The notes below the pieces were generated by a model. That model was not told the origin of the DNA and searched no databases. It worked only from the letters and a program-made list of their open reading frames with translations. DNA of 40,071 nucleotides, taken from the IMG/VR virus record IMGVR_UViG_3300032272_000037, positions 1 through 40,071 of that record. The stretch is one strand, 5' to 3'. Positions 1-8,575 of this stretch are shown one piece after another. Source of the stretch: a virus (lineage: Duplodnaviria; Caudoviricetes). Position 1 is the stretch's first letter, and the number at the start of each line of letters is the position of its first letter. A program made the translations under genes and the position numbers.

Positions 1-422
1 TAACTGTAGCATCCCGATTTTGAATAACCAAAGCGCCAACATCTTCTTGATCAATAGCAAAATCAGTCATGATATCAGGAATAAAACGAGCATCCGAAAA
101 GCTGTGCATTCTCTTAGTATTCGGCTTAGATTCTTCATATGATTGCTTGAATAGGCTGATATCTCTATCGCTTGCTTGAATCCAACCCTTATCGCCAACT
201 GCTATATCAAACGATATTAAAAAATTTCCTGCGCCTAAAGTTTGAACGGGGATACCTTTTATTTCACTTCTTGAAATTGTACCCCCCTCAGAATCTACAA
301 CTAGAATTTGCGGCTGAACATTAACAAATTTTCTATCATCGGAAACCTTCGTTACTTTGACTGGTAGGCTTCCTTGCATTTTTTTATTTATGTGATTTAT
401 CATAACGTTAAAAGCACCCGTC
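1..422. repeat. Terminal direct repeat, copy 1 (circular overlap of the genome)
   Basis: 1-422 matches 39650-40071 except for 6 substitutions (positions 128, 225, 254, 350, 355, 359). Confidence 0.97.
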
Positions 423-460
423 AATAAATCCTCATCATTTAAATTTACTGAGTTTTTCAT
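1..460 (-). CDS. Baseplate central spike / puncturing protein (gpV/Gp138-like), 5' part; continues through the circular junction into 39375-39649
   Basis: ATG at 460 overlaps the upstream TGA (ATGA); reads MKNSVNLNDEDLLTGAFNVMINHINKKMQGSLPVKVTKV, matching the 39375..40052 ORF. Confidence 0.85.
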   Translation of the reverse strand, partial: MKNSVNLNDEDLLTGAFNVMINHINKKMQGSLPVKVTKVSDDRKFVNVQPQILVVDSEGGTISRSEIKGIPVQTLGAGNFLISFDIAVGDKGWIQASDRDISLFKQSYEESKPNTKRMHSFSDARFIPDIMTDFAIDQEDVGALVIQNRDATV

Positions 461-1278
461 TGCAACCTTAACGCTTCAGCATGTAGATAAAAGGGTGTTT
501 CTCGACTTGTTATGTCGAACTCTAATTTATAAATAACGTATTCACCGTCTAAAACAGGGTTTATTTCACTAGTCAGCTCTAGTCTAGATCCAAGCTGTGT
601 CACGGGGTCAAATAACATCGTCACTTTTACGCCGTTCTCTGTGCCTTTGGGTACGCCTATCATGCCAGTATTTTTATTAATAACTCTTGTTGTTGCCCCT
701 GTTTTTGGCATAGCAAAAGGCTTGACATATATAATCGAGTTATCCACATAAACATCTGAACCCGTAAGCTCTGACAGTTTGACTATTTGAGCGCTTGGCG
801 AGCCTGTAAAGCTATAATTAGCGATGTTTCTATCGTCTATCTCAAAAGATAAGCCAAGATTGTTATCTATTGCGACACCGCTAGCTATGCTTGATAGGCT
901 AGCTAGCTCTTGACCGCTTCTTGACACTAATCTACCCTTGTCAAAATAACCAGTTATGCAAACAAGCTCAAGCCCTAAATCTGGCTTGCTTGTTGGATAA
1001 ACTCTGAATATGTCACCTGTATATAATACAGTTGTACCGTAAGACTTTCTACCTACTTCAAGAATAACGCTTGTACGCTGTCCGCTGTTGTTAAATGGGT
1101 TAGCAACTCGTTCTAAGTATTCGCGAGTTGTTCTATTTAAGTTTAGTATTGTTATCGTGCATTGCCCTTGGTTGGGGGATGTAAATTTAGTACCCTTAGC
1201 ATAGATAGACAGGTTTTCATAAAATTGTATATTGTCGCCCACCTGAATTCCAAGACGAACAACCCTAGGATCAATCAT
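457..1278 (-). CDS. Baseplate hub protein
   Basis: 273 aa between the Dit-like/plug genes and the spike; C-terminal TGMIGVP...GVKVTMLFDP...LTSEINP..DGEYVIYKLEFD typical of dwarf myovirus hubs. Confidence 0.75.
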   Translation of the reverse strand: MIDPRVVRLGIQVGDNIQFYENLSIYAKGTKFTSPNQGQCTITILNLNRTTREYLERVANPFNNSGQRTSVILEVGRKSYGTTVLYTGDIFRVYPTSKPDLGLELVCITGYFDKGRLVSRSGQELASLSSIASGVAIDNNLGLSFEIDDRNIANYSFTGSPSAQIVKLSELTGSDVYVDNSIIYVKPFAMPKTGATTRVINKNTGMIGVPKGTENGVKVTMLFDPVTQLGSRLELTSEINPVLDGEYVIYKLEFDITSRETPFYLHAEALRLQ

Positions 1279-1583
1279 CTAACTAGCCCTAATTCTTCTT
1301 TGGATGCGTACTTTAAAAATTGGGTAGATTGAAATTGTTTATAGTCTGGCAGCTCATCATCTGGCACGGTTAGAATAAAATTACCTGTTTCCATGTATTT
1401 ATACAAAAACAAAGGTGCGCCATTTACCAGTCTGTTACCATTTTCGACAATAACAACACCGTCTCGTGTTATTCCATATGTCATAAATCCATTGGCCGAT
1501 TTTATGGGGATGCTGTATCTATACCCATCAATAGTAACGATTAGCTCTTGATTCGGTATATTTTGAAGTGTGATAGATTGCAT
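1275..1583 (-). CDS. Small baseplate (plug/hub-associated) protein
   Basis: 102 aa starting MQSITLQNIPNQE; conserved position after the tube initiator. Confidence 0.6.
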   Translation of the reverse strand: MQSITLQNIPNQELIVTIDGYRYSIPIKSANGFMTYGITRDGVVIVENGNRLVNGAPLFLYKYMETGNFILTVPDDELPDYKQFQSTQFLKYASKEELGLVR

Positions 1584-2086
1584 TATTGAAAAAACCCCGC
1601 GATCTGCTGTAATGTTGTTTGATTGTCTTGTTTCGGTAACTGCTCACCCCTGTTTGTCGTGTCGACGTCTGAAGGGTTAGAAACATCAACAGAGGAAAGC
1701 TTTTGAACAACAACACTACCTATAATTTGCTCTACGAAGTCAATAGCTAAAGAAATTGTATCGTACATCGATGCGCTCTCTTCGCTCGGGTACGCCTCAA
1801 TATACATATTGTTAAACGTTGATACGCGCGTCTGAATGCTTAACTGTGTGGCGTTTATGCTTGCGCTTTGTATCGTTTTGTAAACTTCTTGATAATCATT
1901 AGAGTTCAATATTAACGTCATTGATATTCTAGTTTGATTTATTATTTTGTTGTCGATAACAACCGTTGAATCTTCAATAGTATGGCTTGAAAAAGTATTG
2001 CTCGGTGAAGTCGAGGCGCTAAGTATCGTAGCAGTAGAAAAAAGCTGTTCACCCGATTCATTTAATATGGCTGTAACGTCCATCAA
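1583..2086 (-). CDS. Baseplate tube-initiator / Dit-like protein
   Basis: 167 aa directly after the tape measure; SHTIEDSTVVIDNKIINQ motif. Confidence 0.65.
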   Translation of the reverse strand: MMDVTAILNESGEQLFSTATILSASTSPSNTFSSHTIEDSTVVIDNKIINQTRISMTLILNSNDYQEVYKTIQSASINATQLSIQTRVSTFNNMYIEAYPSEESASMYDTISLAIDFVEQIIGSVVVQKLSSVDVSNPSDVDTTNRGEQLPKQDNQTTLQQIAGFFQ

Positions 2087-3630
2087 TAAGCCTCTGCGTC
2101 GTCTAATTGAGCTATGGCCATGCTTACTTGATTATTTAAGCTTCCGCTAACAGCGCTAGCTACACCCGCCGCATCAGTCGCTTGGGTGTTAATTGAAGTG
2201 GCCCCAATATTCACATTGTTAACCCTGCTTGATGATTGTTGACTGTTAACGATAGACGCGCTTGTTTGCCCGTTCAGAGGATTATTATCTATTGCCCCCG
2301 ATATCATTATTGCTTTGTTTAAGTTGGCGCTTATATCATCATCCCCGAAGCCTAATAAACCTTGCAAATCAGACAGGCTATTATTAATAGATTCCCCGAT
2401 TGACGGGATAAGATCTAAAGCATCATCAATCATGCTTTGAATATTATCACCAAGTTGTTTTATTGCTTCGTTAGGGGAAGTAAACAAAGTCACTAACCAG
2501 TCGAAAACACCTTGCAAGCTTTCAAATGATGCTTTAACACCCGCAATAACAGAGTCAACAATATCCCCGAACCATTCATATTTCTTTGCTAAATCGCCTA
2601 TGTATGATTGCTGCCCGTTAACATAGGCTACAACGTCTTCAAACAATATAGCAAATGCAGCCCCGACAGCGGTTACAACTGCGGCCATTGCAACAAAAGG
2701 TAATGCCATTGCAATAGCTGCGCTAGCTGCCGCGACAATTGCAGGTAAAAAGGTATAGGTTATCGCTCCAGCAACGCCAACAAAAAAACCAGTTACTAGA
2801 GTTTCATTTTCTTTAATCCATGATGACATAGCTTCAAAGCCTTTTCGAACGGCTTTGACCAACGGCAGTATTGTTGTTCCTGCGGTTGTAAATATCTTTT
2901 GAAACTCTTGTCTTGAGTCAGCAAGAACATCATTAAATTCAGCCGCCGCCGCCGCGTCTTCTTTTGTAGCAACACCTAGGCTTTTTTGACGTTTTACTAA
3001 TTCCTCAACACCAACTCTACCTTGTTGCAATAATAAAATAGTGCCCTGATCTAATCCCAGTTTTTGGCCAAACGCTACAGATTGAGATTTACTTAAATTA
3101 GCGAACGAGTCTGCAAGTTCGGGCAGTATTTCAAAAGCGCTTTTTATTTTACCACCAGCACCGACCGCGTTAATCCCAAGCCTTGCGAGAGTTTCAGCGG
3201 CTGCACCTCCACCAGTCAAGCTTATATCCGTTAGCTGGCCGCTTAGGGATGCTAAAGAACCTCTAAAGGCTTCAGCACTACCACCCGACCTAATAGCAGC
3301 CTCGCCCCACGCGCCAACCTCTTCAACGGAAAACCCCAAAGTTTCGGAAAACTTACCGATTGAATCCGTACCAAGAGCCTGCGCCGTGATACCCGCAAAC
3401 AACCCAGTAACGACAACAAGACCAGCGGCGGCCTTGCTTAACCCATCACTTAAGTCAAAAAAACTATCAGTGCTATTGTCTATCTCATCGTTAAGATCAT
3501 CAAATGCGCCCGCTGTGTCATTAGCCGTTTGTTCGGTGTGTTCAAGGCTTTGATCAACACCGTCAATCTCTCGCCTCGCTCTCTCTGCATCAGTTTCAAA
3601 CAAAATCCCGAACGTGGTTAATAAGCTCAT
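2083..3630 (-). CDS. Tape measure protein
   Basis: 515 aa, Ala/Gly-rich and helical with a hydrophobic segment; follows the tail chaperone. Confidence 0.88.
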   Translation of the reverse strand: MSLLTTFGILFETDAERARREIDGVDQSLEHTEQTANDTAGAFDDLNDEIDNSTDSFFDLSDGLSKAAAGLVVVTGLFAGITAQALGTDSIGKFSETLGFSVEEVGAWGEAAIRSGGSAEAFRGSLASLSGQLTDISLTGGGAAAETLARLGINAVGAGGKIKSAFEILPELADSFANLSKSQSVAFGQKLGLDQGTILLLQQGRVGVEELVKRQKSLGVATKEDAAAAAEFNDVLADSRQEFQKIFTTAGTTILPLVKAVRKGFEAMSSWIKENETLVTGFFVGVAGAITYTFLPAIVAAASAAIAMALPFVAMAAVVTAVGAAFAILFEDVVAYVNGQQSYIGDLAKKYEWFGDIVDSVIAGVKASFESLQGVFDWLVTLFTSPNEAIKQLGDNIQSMIDDALDLIPSIGESINNSLSDLQGLLGFGDDDISANLNKAIMISGAIDNNPLNGQTSASIVNSQQSSSRVNNVNIGATSINTQATDAAGVASAVSGSLNNQVSMAIAQLDDAEAY

Positions 3631-3865
3631 TTACCGCCCTTACTCTTTTGATACTCAATCGCTAAGTGTTCGTTGATTTTTGGGATCATGACACACTCAT
3701 ACATATTAAGCGCGTCCTCATAATCATAGATAGTTCTAAGCTCTATTAAGCTTGCTTGTTTTTCGCTGATAATGACCCCGATAAGCGGTTCAACGTTAAC
3801 ATAATTCGTTCGGGGAGCGTCTGATTGAATCGAGTTAAGGCGTTTGATAGCTTCTCGGGACTGAA
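3627..3865 (-). CDS. gpT-like C-terminal part of the tail assembly chaperone, reached by -1 frameshift
   Basis: Slippery A AAT TTT TTC at 3872-3863; the -1 frame is open for 78 codons (QSREAIKRL...LIGVIISEKQASLIELRTIYDYEDALNMYE...GGK) and its TGA overlaps the TMP ATG. Confidence 0.82.
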
Positions 3866-4189
3866 AAAATTTGTGTTGTACTTCACCATTTCCAGTTCTA
3901 GTTTAACAAGCATTTCCCAGTCGTTTATGTGTGAGTCTCTAACAGGATCGTTATCTAGTCTTACCCAAGATCCATCAGGGGCTTGAACGTCAACGTACCC
4001 CATCAACATTTTCATTAACTTTTCATTTTCTTTGTAGTCGCCAATTTTTGGTATGGCCGTTGGCATATACTGCGTAAAAATCTCTCTCCCCCGACTTGCT
4101 GGAACTCTGGAGATCATGAAGGTTTTTTCTTCTTCATCAATTGACTTAATTTTGATTTCGGTTGGTTTTATTAATGGTACTTTTGACAT
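3746..4189 (-). CDS. Tail assembly chaperone (gpG-like)
   Basis: 147 aa between tail tube and TMP; contains the slippery site. Confidence 0.82.
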   Translation of the reverse strand: MSKVPLIKPTEIKIKSIDEEEKTFMISRVPASRGREIFTQYMPTAIPKIGDYKENEKLMKMLMGYVDVQAPDGSWVRLDNDPVRDSHINDWEMLVKLELEMVKYNTNFFSPEKLSNALTRFNQTLPERIMLTLNRLSGSLSAKNKQA

Positions 4190-4194
4190 AGTTC

Positions 4195-4276
4195 GCCCTT
4201 ATTATGTCGCGCCAGTGGTAAATAGCTAGCAGGGGCGGCGCACCCTTTTCAGTTCATGATTACCTAGCTAGCTATT
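4195..4276 (-). promoter_or_regulatory. Structured leader upstream of the tail chaperone gene (candidate cis-regulatory RNA)
   Basis: 10-bp stem AATAGCTAGC/GCTAGCTATT (4221-4230/4267-4276) enclosing two small stems; loop GCGCC is complementary to downstream GGCGC. Confidence 0.5.
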
Positions 4277-4281
4277 ATTTT

Positions 4282-4752
4282 TTAAATGTTCAGTACTGCG
4301 TCAGGGGATGGAGTAAATAACATATTCGCAAATCTAAGTTTGTATGAAGATGTTTTTATTCTTCCCGATGATGCCATAGAAGTTGCAGGCGTCCCGCTAA
4401 TAAATTTCCCTTTACTCAATGTTAACGTTGAGCCGTCAGGGGCTATACGCACCAAAGAGATAATATCTCTTGCTGGCCTTTTCCCTTTTTCCGCTCTGTT
4501 AGCTTCAAAAATGATATTCATTGTTAAAGAGCTTAAAGTATTCGGGATTAGATTAACGGATACGTCAATCGGTACGGCAAGCGTCCATGTTGCTGAATCT
4601 CCGTTGGTTCCTAAAACCATTTCCGCTATTGTCATTTCTGGCAAATCCATGCCGTCAGCGTCATCAGCAAAGTGAGTGATTGGCGCGGGTACGGGGATCG
4701 TGTTACTAGCAGTTATTGTCGCTATAGTACCGAAGTGTGATAAATCAGGCAT
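4282..4752 (-). CDS. Tail tube protein
   Basis: 156 aa right after the sheath; ITHFADDAD and GTNGD motifs. Confidence 0.82.
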   Translation of the reverse strand: MPDLSHFGTIATITASNTIPVPAPITHFADDADGMDLPEMTIAEMVLGTNGDSATWTLAVPIDVSVNLIPNTLSSLTMNIIFEANRAEKGKRPARDIISLVRIAPDGSTLTLSKGKFISGTPATSMASSGRIKTSSYKLRFANMLFTPSPDAVLNI

Positions 4753-4762
4753 TTTCTAACCC

Positions 4763-6250
4763 CTAAATTAGTATGTGTCGACCGACAACTTTATCGATAG
4801 CGTCACGTTTCGCATAAATTAAAGTATAGTCTAGGAAGTATTCAGTTACACCGCCGTTAACCTCTTCACTAATATCAATAGCAAACCAATAACCTTTACT
4901 AGATACGTCATAATGCGCATCATCTCGACCAGACACTTGATTGATAAATTGTATCTGAGTTGTAGTTAAAACCTTACCTTGCGCGATAGAGCCGTTTGTA
5001 ATAGCTCTGTTTACAGTCTCAACGATATAAGCTAGCCCGGTCGCCTTGCCTGTATCATCCGCGCCAACAATTTGAAGGGCTAACTGCATGTTAAAAAATC
5101 CAGCTTTCAAGTCAGATTTTAACCATTGTTCATTAGCATACACGCCCATTTTTAATGGTGAAGTTGCGCCACCCATCAAAGTTCCGCGCTGATAAAAACT
5201 AATCTCAGAGCCTGCTTCCTGAGTTTTGCCATAATAATTGATTCGTTGAGCATCAAGAGCGTTTGACTCTGCCGTAGTGTCTACTGTGGCGGTAAGCCTA
5301 GAGTCTTGCGTATACATGTAATTAGCAGCCGCACCCGCTTTGCTGAAGTCTTGAGAAGCAAGAAGCGCACAAGGTAGCATTTCGGGGTATTCGTCAACAT
5401 TAGCGGGATCATACAGGGTAACACCTGTTCCGCCATATCCATTTAAGTTATCAAAATAAGCTTGAGTATCAGCTAGCAGAACTTGAACATGATACTGAAA
5501 TTCATTGTTACGTGTAATATTCCAAGCCGCTGATTCTTCGACTTGAACAAGCGTTAGCGTTGGAATGAATAGATAAGATCCAAAATCATTGGTCAAATCT
5601 GAAGAACTAGAAAGAACGTCTGTTACTGTTTGCTCTGCAATGCCATTGCTAAACGTTGCCGTTGAATCCCATCCGATGGGGCCAATAACTGAAGGTAGCC
5701 CAGTGATAGATATCACCCCATCAGCAACGCCATTAGTATCAAGATTGAATTGTGTTTTAAGTGCGTTATAAGCAACCGTTGTAGCCGCAAACGTTCCGCC
5801 AACTGTTTGTATTTTAGTTTGCAGTTCGGTTGCAACATCTGCATAACTAGCCGCTGCGCTAAAATCTACTACGACAGGGCCGTCAATACCTGCAAGAGTG
5901 ACAGTGATCGCACCCGCCGTTATAGCCTGTAATTCTGTAAGTGTTCCAGATTCTGCGCCAAAAACCTGCGCTGAAGTGTCAGCATCCGCCCATCGTGCAA
6001 AGCTTATGTTTTGCGGTGATCGAATAGCTTTTGATACAAACCCAAAATAAAAGCTAGCTCTCTTGTACTCTTCCGATGTAGAACCAAAATAGTCTAAAAC
6101 AGAATCAAGATCACTAAACTTTAAAACTGAACCCGTGGGCACCAGTTCGTTAATTGTGAATATTCGATTAAGAAGCTCTCGCGCCCTAGTCGCCGCCGCA
6201 CCACCAACACCCGATGTAATCGCAACGTATTTATTTGAAGAAATAGCCAT
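4763..6250 (-). CDS. Tail sheath protein (DUF3383-like)
   Basis: 495 aa; MAISSNKYVAITSGV start, YFGSTSEEYKRA and ANEQWLK motifs. Confidence 0.88.
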   Translation of the reverse strand: MAISSNKYVAITSGVGGAAATRARELLNRIFTINELVPTGSVLKFSDLDSVLDYFGSTSEEYKRASFYFGFVSKAIRSPQNISFARWADADTSAQVFGAESGTLTELQAITAGAITVTLAGIDGPVVVDFSAAASYADVATELQTKIQTVGGTFAATTVAYNALKTQFNLDTNGVADGVISITGLPSVIGPIGWDSTATFSNGIAEQTVTDVLSSSSDLTNDFGSYLFIPTLTLVQVEESAAWNITRNNEFQYHVQVLLADTQAYFDNLNGYGGTGVTLYDPANVDEYPEMLPCALLASQDFSKAGAAANYMYTQDSRLTATVDTTAESNALDAQRINYYGKTQEAGSEISFYQRGTLMGGATSPLKMGVYANEQWLKSDLKAGFFNMQLALQIVGADDTGKATGLAYIVETVNRAITNGSIAQGKVLTTTQIQFINQVSGRDDAHYDVSSKGYWFAIDISEEVNGGVTEYFLDYTLIYAKRDAIDKVVGRHILI

Positions 6251-6255
6251 AGTTT

Positions 6256-6777
6256 TTAAACACCATAGTAGTTTTGGTTAATCCCAGTGATAACGGGGAT
6301 CTCTTTTTCGTACTCATGTTGATAGCTTACAATAAAATCAAATGAGGGCGACGATTCGTGCCTATCTTTATCATTGATAAAATAAATTGATCTAACATCA
6401 GTTACACGCTCAATATTAACACCGTTAGCCCTCAAATTCCTTACAGAGTCGTAACTTTGAAGTGCATCAGCCGTTATCGTTACTATATCGCTAGCAGTTA
6501 AGCTGTTAACGTCTTGCGGATCTTGTTGTGCTAGGGCGTCAAATTGAAAAGTTGCCCTCTTTAAAAATTGTTGTGTTCTTTTGTTTCCGTTGTATATGAA
6601 ACCACTACCAACTTGAGGGTTTGCTACTTTGTGTATGAATATGCGCCGCTCTTCTGATACTGCTTGCTGTGTTGGTTGATATGATTGTTTAACTTTGACG
6701 TCAGCTAATCCATAAATCGGTAACTGGCTTCTTAGTTCTGCTATGATTACTTTTATCACATCATTGTCACGCATCAC
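6256..6777 (-). CDS. Tail terminator / neck protein
   Basis: 173 aa immediately upstream of the sheath; YFINDKDRHESSPSFDF motif. Confidence 0.65.
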   Translation of the reverse strand: MMRDNDVIKVIIAELRSQLPIYGLADVKVKQSYQPTQQAVSEERRIFIHKVANPQVGSGFIYNGNKRTQQFLKRATFQFDALAQQDPQDVNSLTASDIVTITADALQSYDSVRNLRANGVNIERVTDVRSIYFINDKDRHESSPSFDFIVSYQHEYEKEIPVITGINQNYYGV

Positions 6778-7135
6778 CGATCCTTACGCAAATAACACTA
6801 TTCCAGCTACCCGAAACCCAATTGTCGTCTGGTAATGCTTTGTATATTCCACCATTAAACATTATTTGATCCGCGTTATCACTTCGGTTCAAAACATCAA
6901 TCAAATTAACGTCCCAAATCTGAATGTATATTTTCGAAAAGTCTAAACCCAAGTTATTGTACACGCTACGCTTGACGGGTTGAACGCTTCCTGTTCTTTC
7001 TTCAGCTATGTCATAAACGTCAATATCAAAACCAATATCATTTTCTGATTTACTTAACCATTTTTTTATTTGATAGTTTTGTTTTCCAATAACCGTTTGA
7101 GTAGTAGCCAGTAAATTAAAACCAAAATTATTCAC
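6767..7135 (-). CDS. Head closure / head-tail joining protein
   Basis: 122 aa in the neck module; GSVQPV...YNNLGLDFSKIY motif. Confidence 0.62.
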   Translation of the reverse strand: MNNFGFNLLATTQTVIGKQNYQIKKWLSKSENDIGFDIDVYDIAEERTGSVQPVKRSVYNNLGLDFSKIYIQIWDVNLIDVLNRSDNADQIMFNGGIYKALPDDNWVSGSWNSVICVRIGDA

Positions 7136-7698
7136 TATGTCACCTCATAAGTTATTGTTGATATCAAATAGCCAGTTTCCCTTAGCGGGTCTTTATTGCC
7201 AAATGATTGATCGCCAAGCTCGCCAAGTCCTGTTTTACCCTGCGCAATAGCACCAGCAACAGCCCCTACAAGTTTACCCCCAATAACCATTTGCCCGTCA
7301 TTTCTAATCTTTCTTAGAGCAATAGTGACGGGTGACAGGGCTTTAAAATCTCCGCTAACAATAGAGTTTTTTATATCGGCACTAACTTTAAGTCCTAATG
7401 TATTAAGTACTCTGTCAATGCCCGTACCGTTTTCAATAGCTTTTTTTATTCCCTGCTCCACTATCGTTGACCAGTTCGCGCTCTGCCCCTCTATTGTTGG
7501 CCTTATGAATGGCCTAGGGGGAATGCTTAGCTTGGGGTTCCCGTATTCGTTTTGTGCTGCAATGGCCGCAACAGGCGTACCATCATCCTGATATCTAGCA
7601 GATTCAAACCAACCAGATTGCACGGCTCGATTATCGGCATTATCCAGCGCATTAATTAGGGTGTCCAAACTGCCCCTGTTAACGCTAACCCTAGCCAC
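7135..7698 (-). CDS. Neck / tail completion protein
   Basis: GWFESARY..GTPVAAIAAQNEYG..IPPRPFIRPT..PLRETG motifs. Confidence 0.75.
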   Translation of the reverse strand: MARVSVNRGSLDTLINALDNADNRAVQSGWFESARYQDDGTPVAAIAAQNEYGNPKLSIPPRPFIRPTIEGQSANWSTIVEQGIKKAIENGTGIDRVLNTLGLKVSADIKNSIVSGDFKALSPVTIALRKIRNDGQMVIGGKLVGAVAGAIAQGKTGLGELGDQSFGNKDPLRETGYLISTITYEVT

Positions 7699-8129
7699 TA
7701 AAAACCCCCGTCAATTTTTCTGAACCCTTTGCGCTCATAACTACCGCCAACATAAAACCCGCCAACACTTTGAACGTCCAGCATTGCTAAAATCTCAGGC
7801 CCGTAAGGAGAAGTATTAAGCCAGTAACCCCAACTCCCATCGGATAAAGGAGGCTCAGACAAGGACACGGAAACACTCCCCTCAGTAGCAGACGTTACGA
7901 CTCTAACGGGTTGCCCTGAAGAGATTAGATCTCGAATATATAGCAAATGAGCAAGCATTAACTGAAGTGCATACTCTCTGCAAGCTTCGGGCAAAGTGCA
8001 ATCATTATCAGCTAAGTAACACTTACCAAGTGCATACTGAGAATTAAGCAGCATGTCAGGGTAAACAATTTCGCTAGCGTAAGCTGGAAAGTTAACCCTA
8101 AACGATGCGATATCAAGATCTATAATCAT
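7698..8129 (-). CDS. Head-tail adaptor (DUF4054-like)
   Basis: FRVNFPAY, LMLAHLL, SATEGSVSVS and WLNTSPYG motifs. Confidence 0.85.
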   Translation of the reverse strand: MIIDLDIASFRVNFPAYASEIVYPDMLLNSQYALGKCYLADNDCTLPEACREYALQLMLAHLLYIRDLISSGQPVRVVTSATEGSVSVSLSEPPLSDGSWGYWLNTSPYGPEILAMLDVQSVGGFYVGGSYERKGFRKIDGGF

Positions 8130-8132
8130 GGA

Positions 8133-8522
8133 TTACTCAGGTTGATTGTCGTTAGTGATCACAATAGCTTTTGCATTTTTGGCTTTAATATCTTTTTCGA
8201 TTAAAGGCGCTGATTTATCTTTTTTGATTTCAGTTGGCTTTTGCATTGTGAAGAATCCACGCTCTACCATTCTGTTAAATGCTGGTGAATCTTCGAGTAC
8301 TTTTAAATCTTCACTTGTGATTTGAGTCTCTGCAAATTTAGACGTTATATGATGTTTGTTGGCAACGTGCGCGCCGCCTTTAATCAATATAGCTGTCTTT
8401 ATTTTTGCGGCTGCAACTGTTTTACCTTTCCCTTTGATGTAAGTAGGGAATGATTGATCATTTGATAGTGTCGAGTAAATAGTAATCATGCTAGTACTCT
8501 TTTTTTCAGTTTTATTTGTCAT
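8133..8522 (-). CDS. Hypothetical virion-associated protein downstream of the major capsid gene
   Basis: 129 aa; IYSTLSNDQ..ILIKGGAHVA; conserved position. Confidence 0.6.
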   Translation of the reverse strand: MTNKTEKKSTSMITIYSTLSNDQSFPTYIKGKGKTVAAAKIKTAILIKGGAHVANKHHITSKFAETQITSEDLKVLEDSPAFNRMVERGFFTMQKPTEIKKDKSAPLIEKDIKAKNAKAIVITNDNQPE

Positions 8523-8535
8523 GTTTGCACCGTTT

Positions 8536-8563
8536 AAAAAATGAAGGGGGAAACGCCCCCCTT
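8536..8563 (-). terminator. Rho-independent terminator after the major capsid gene
   Basis: Minus strand AAGGGGGG-CGTTT-CCCCCTT followed by CATTTTTT. Confidence 0.75.
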
Positions 8564-8575
8564 AACAACTATTAA

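Noticed and set aside
1-422. Imperfect repeat considered as a diversity-generating retroelement TR/VR pair or an LTR
   Set aside because: No reverse transcriptase; differences are mostly synonymous and not adenine-specific; the repeat lies at the contig ends
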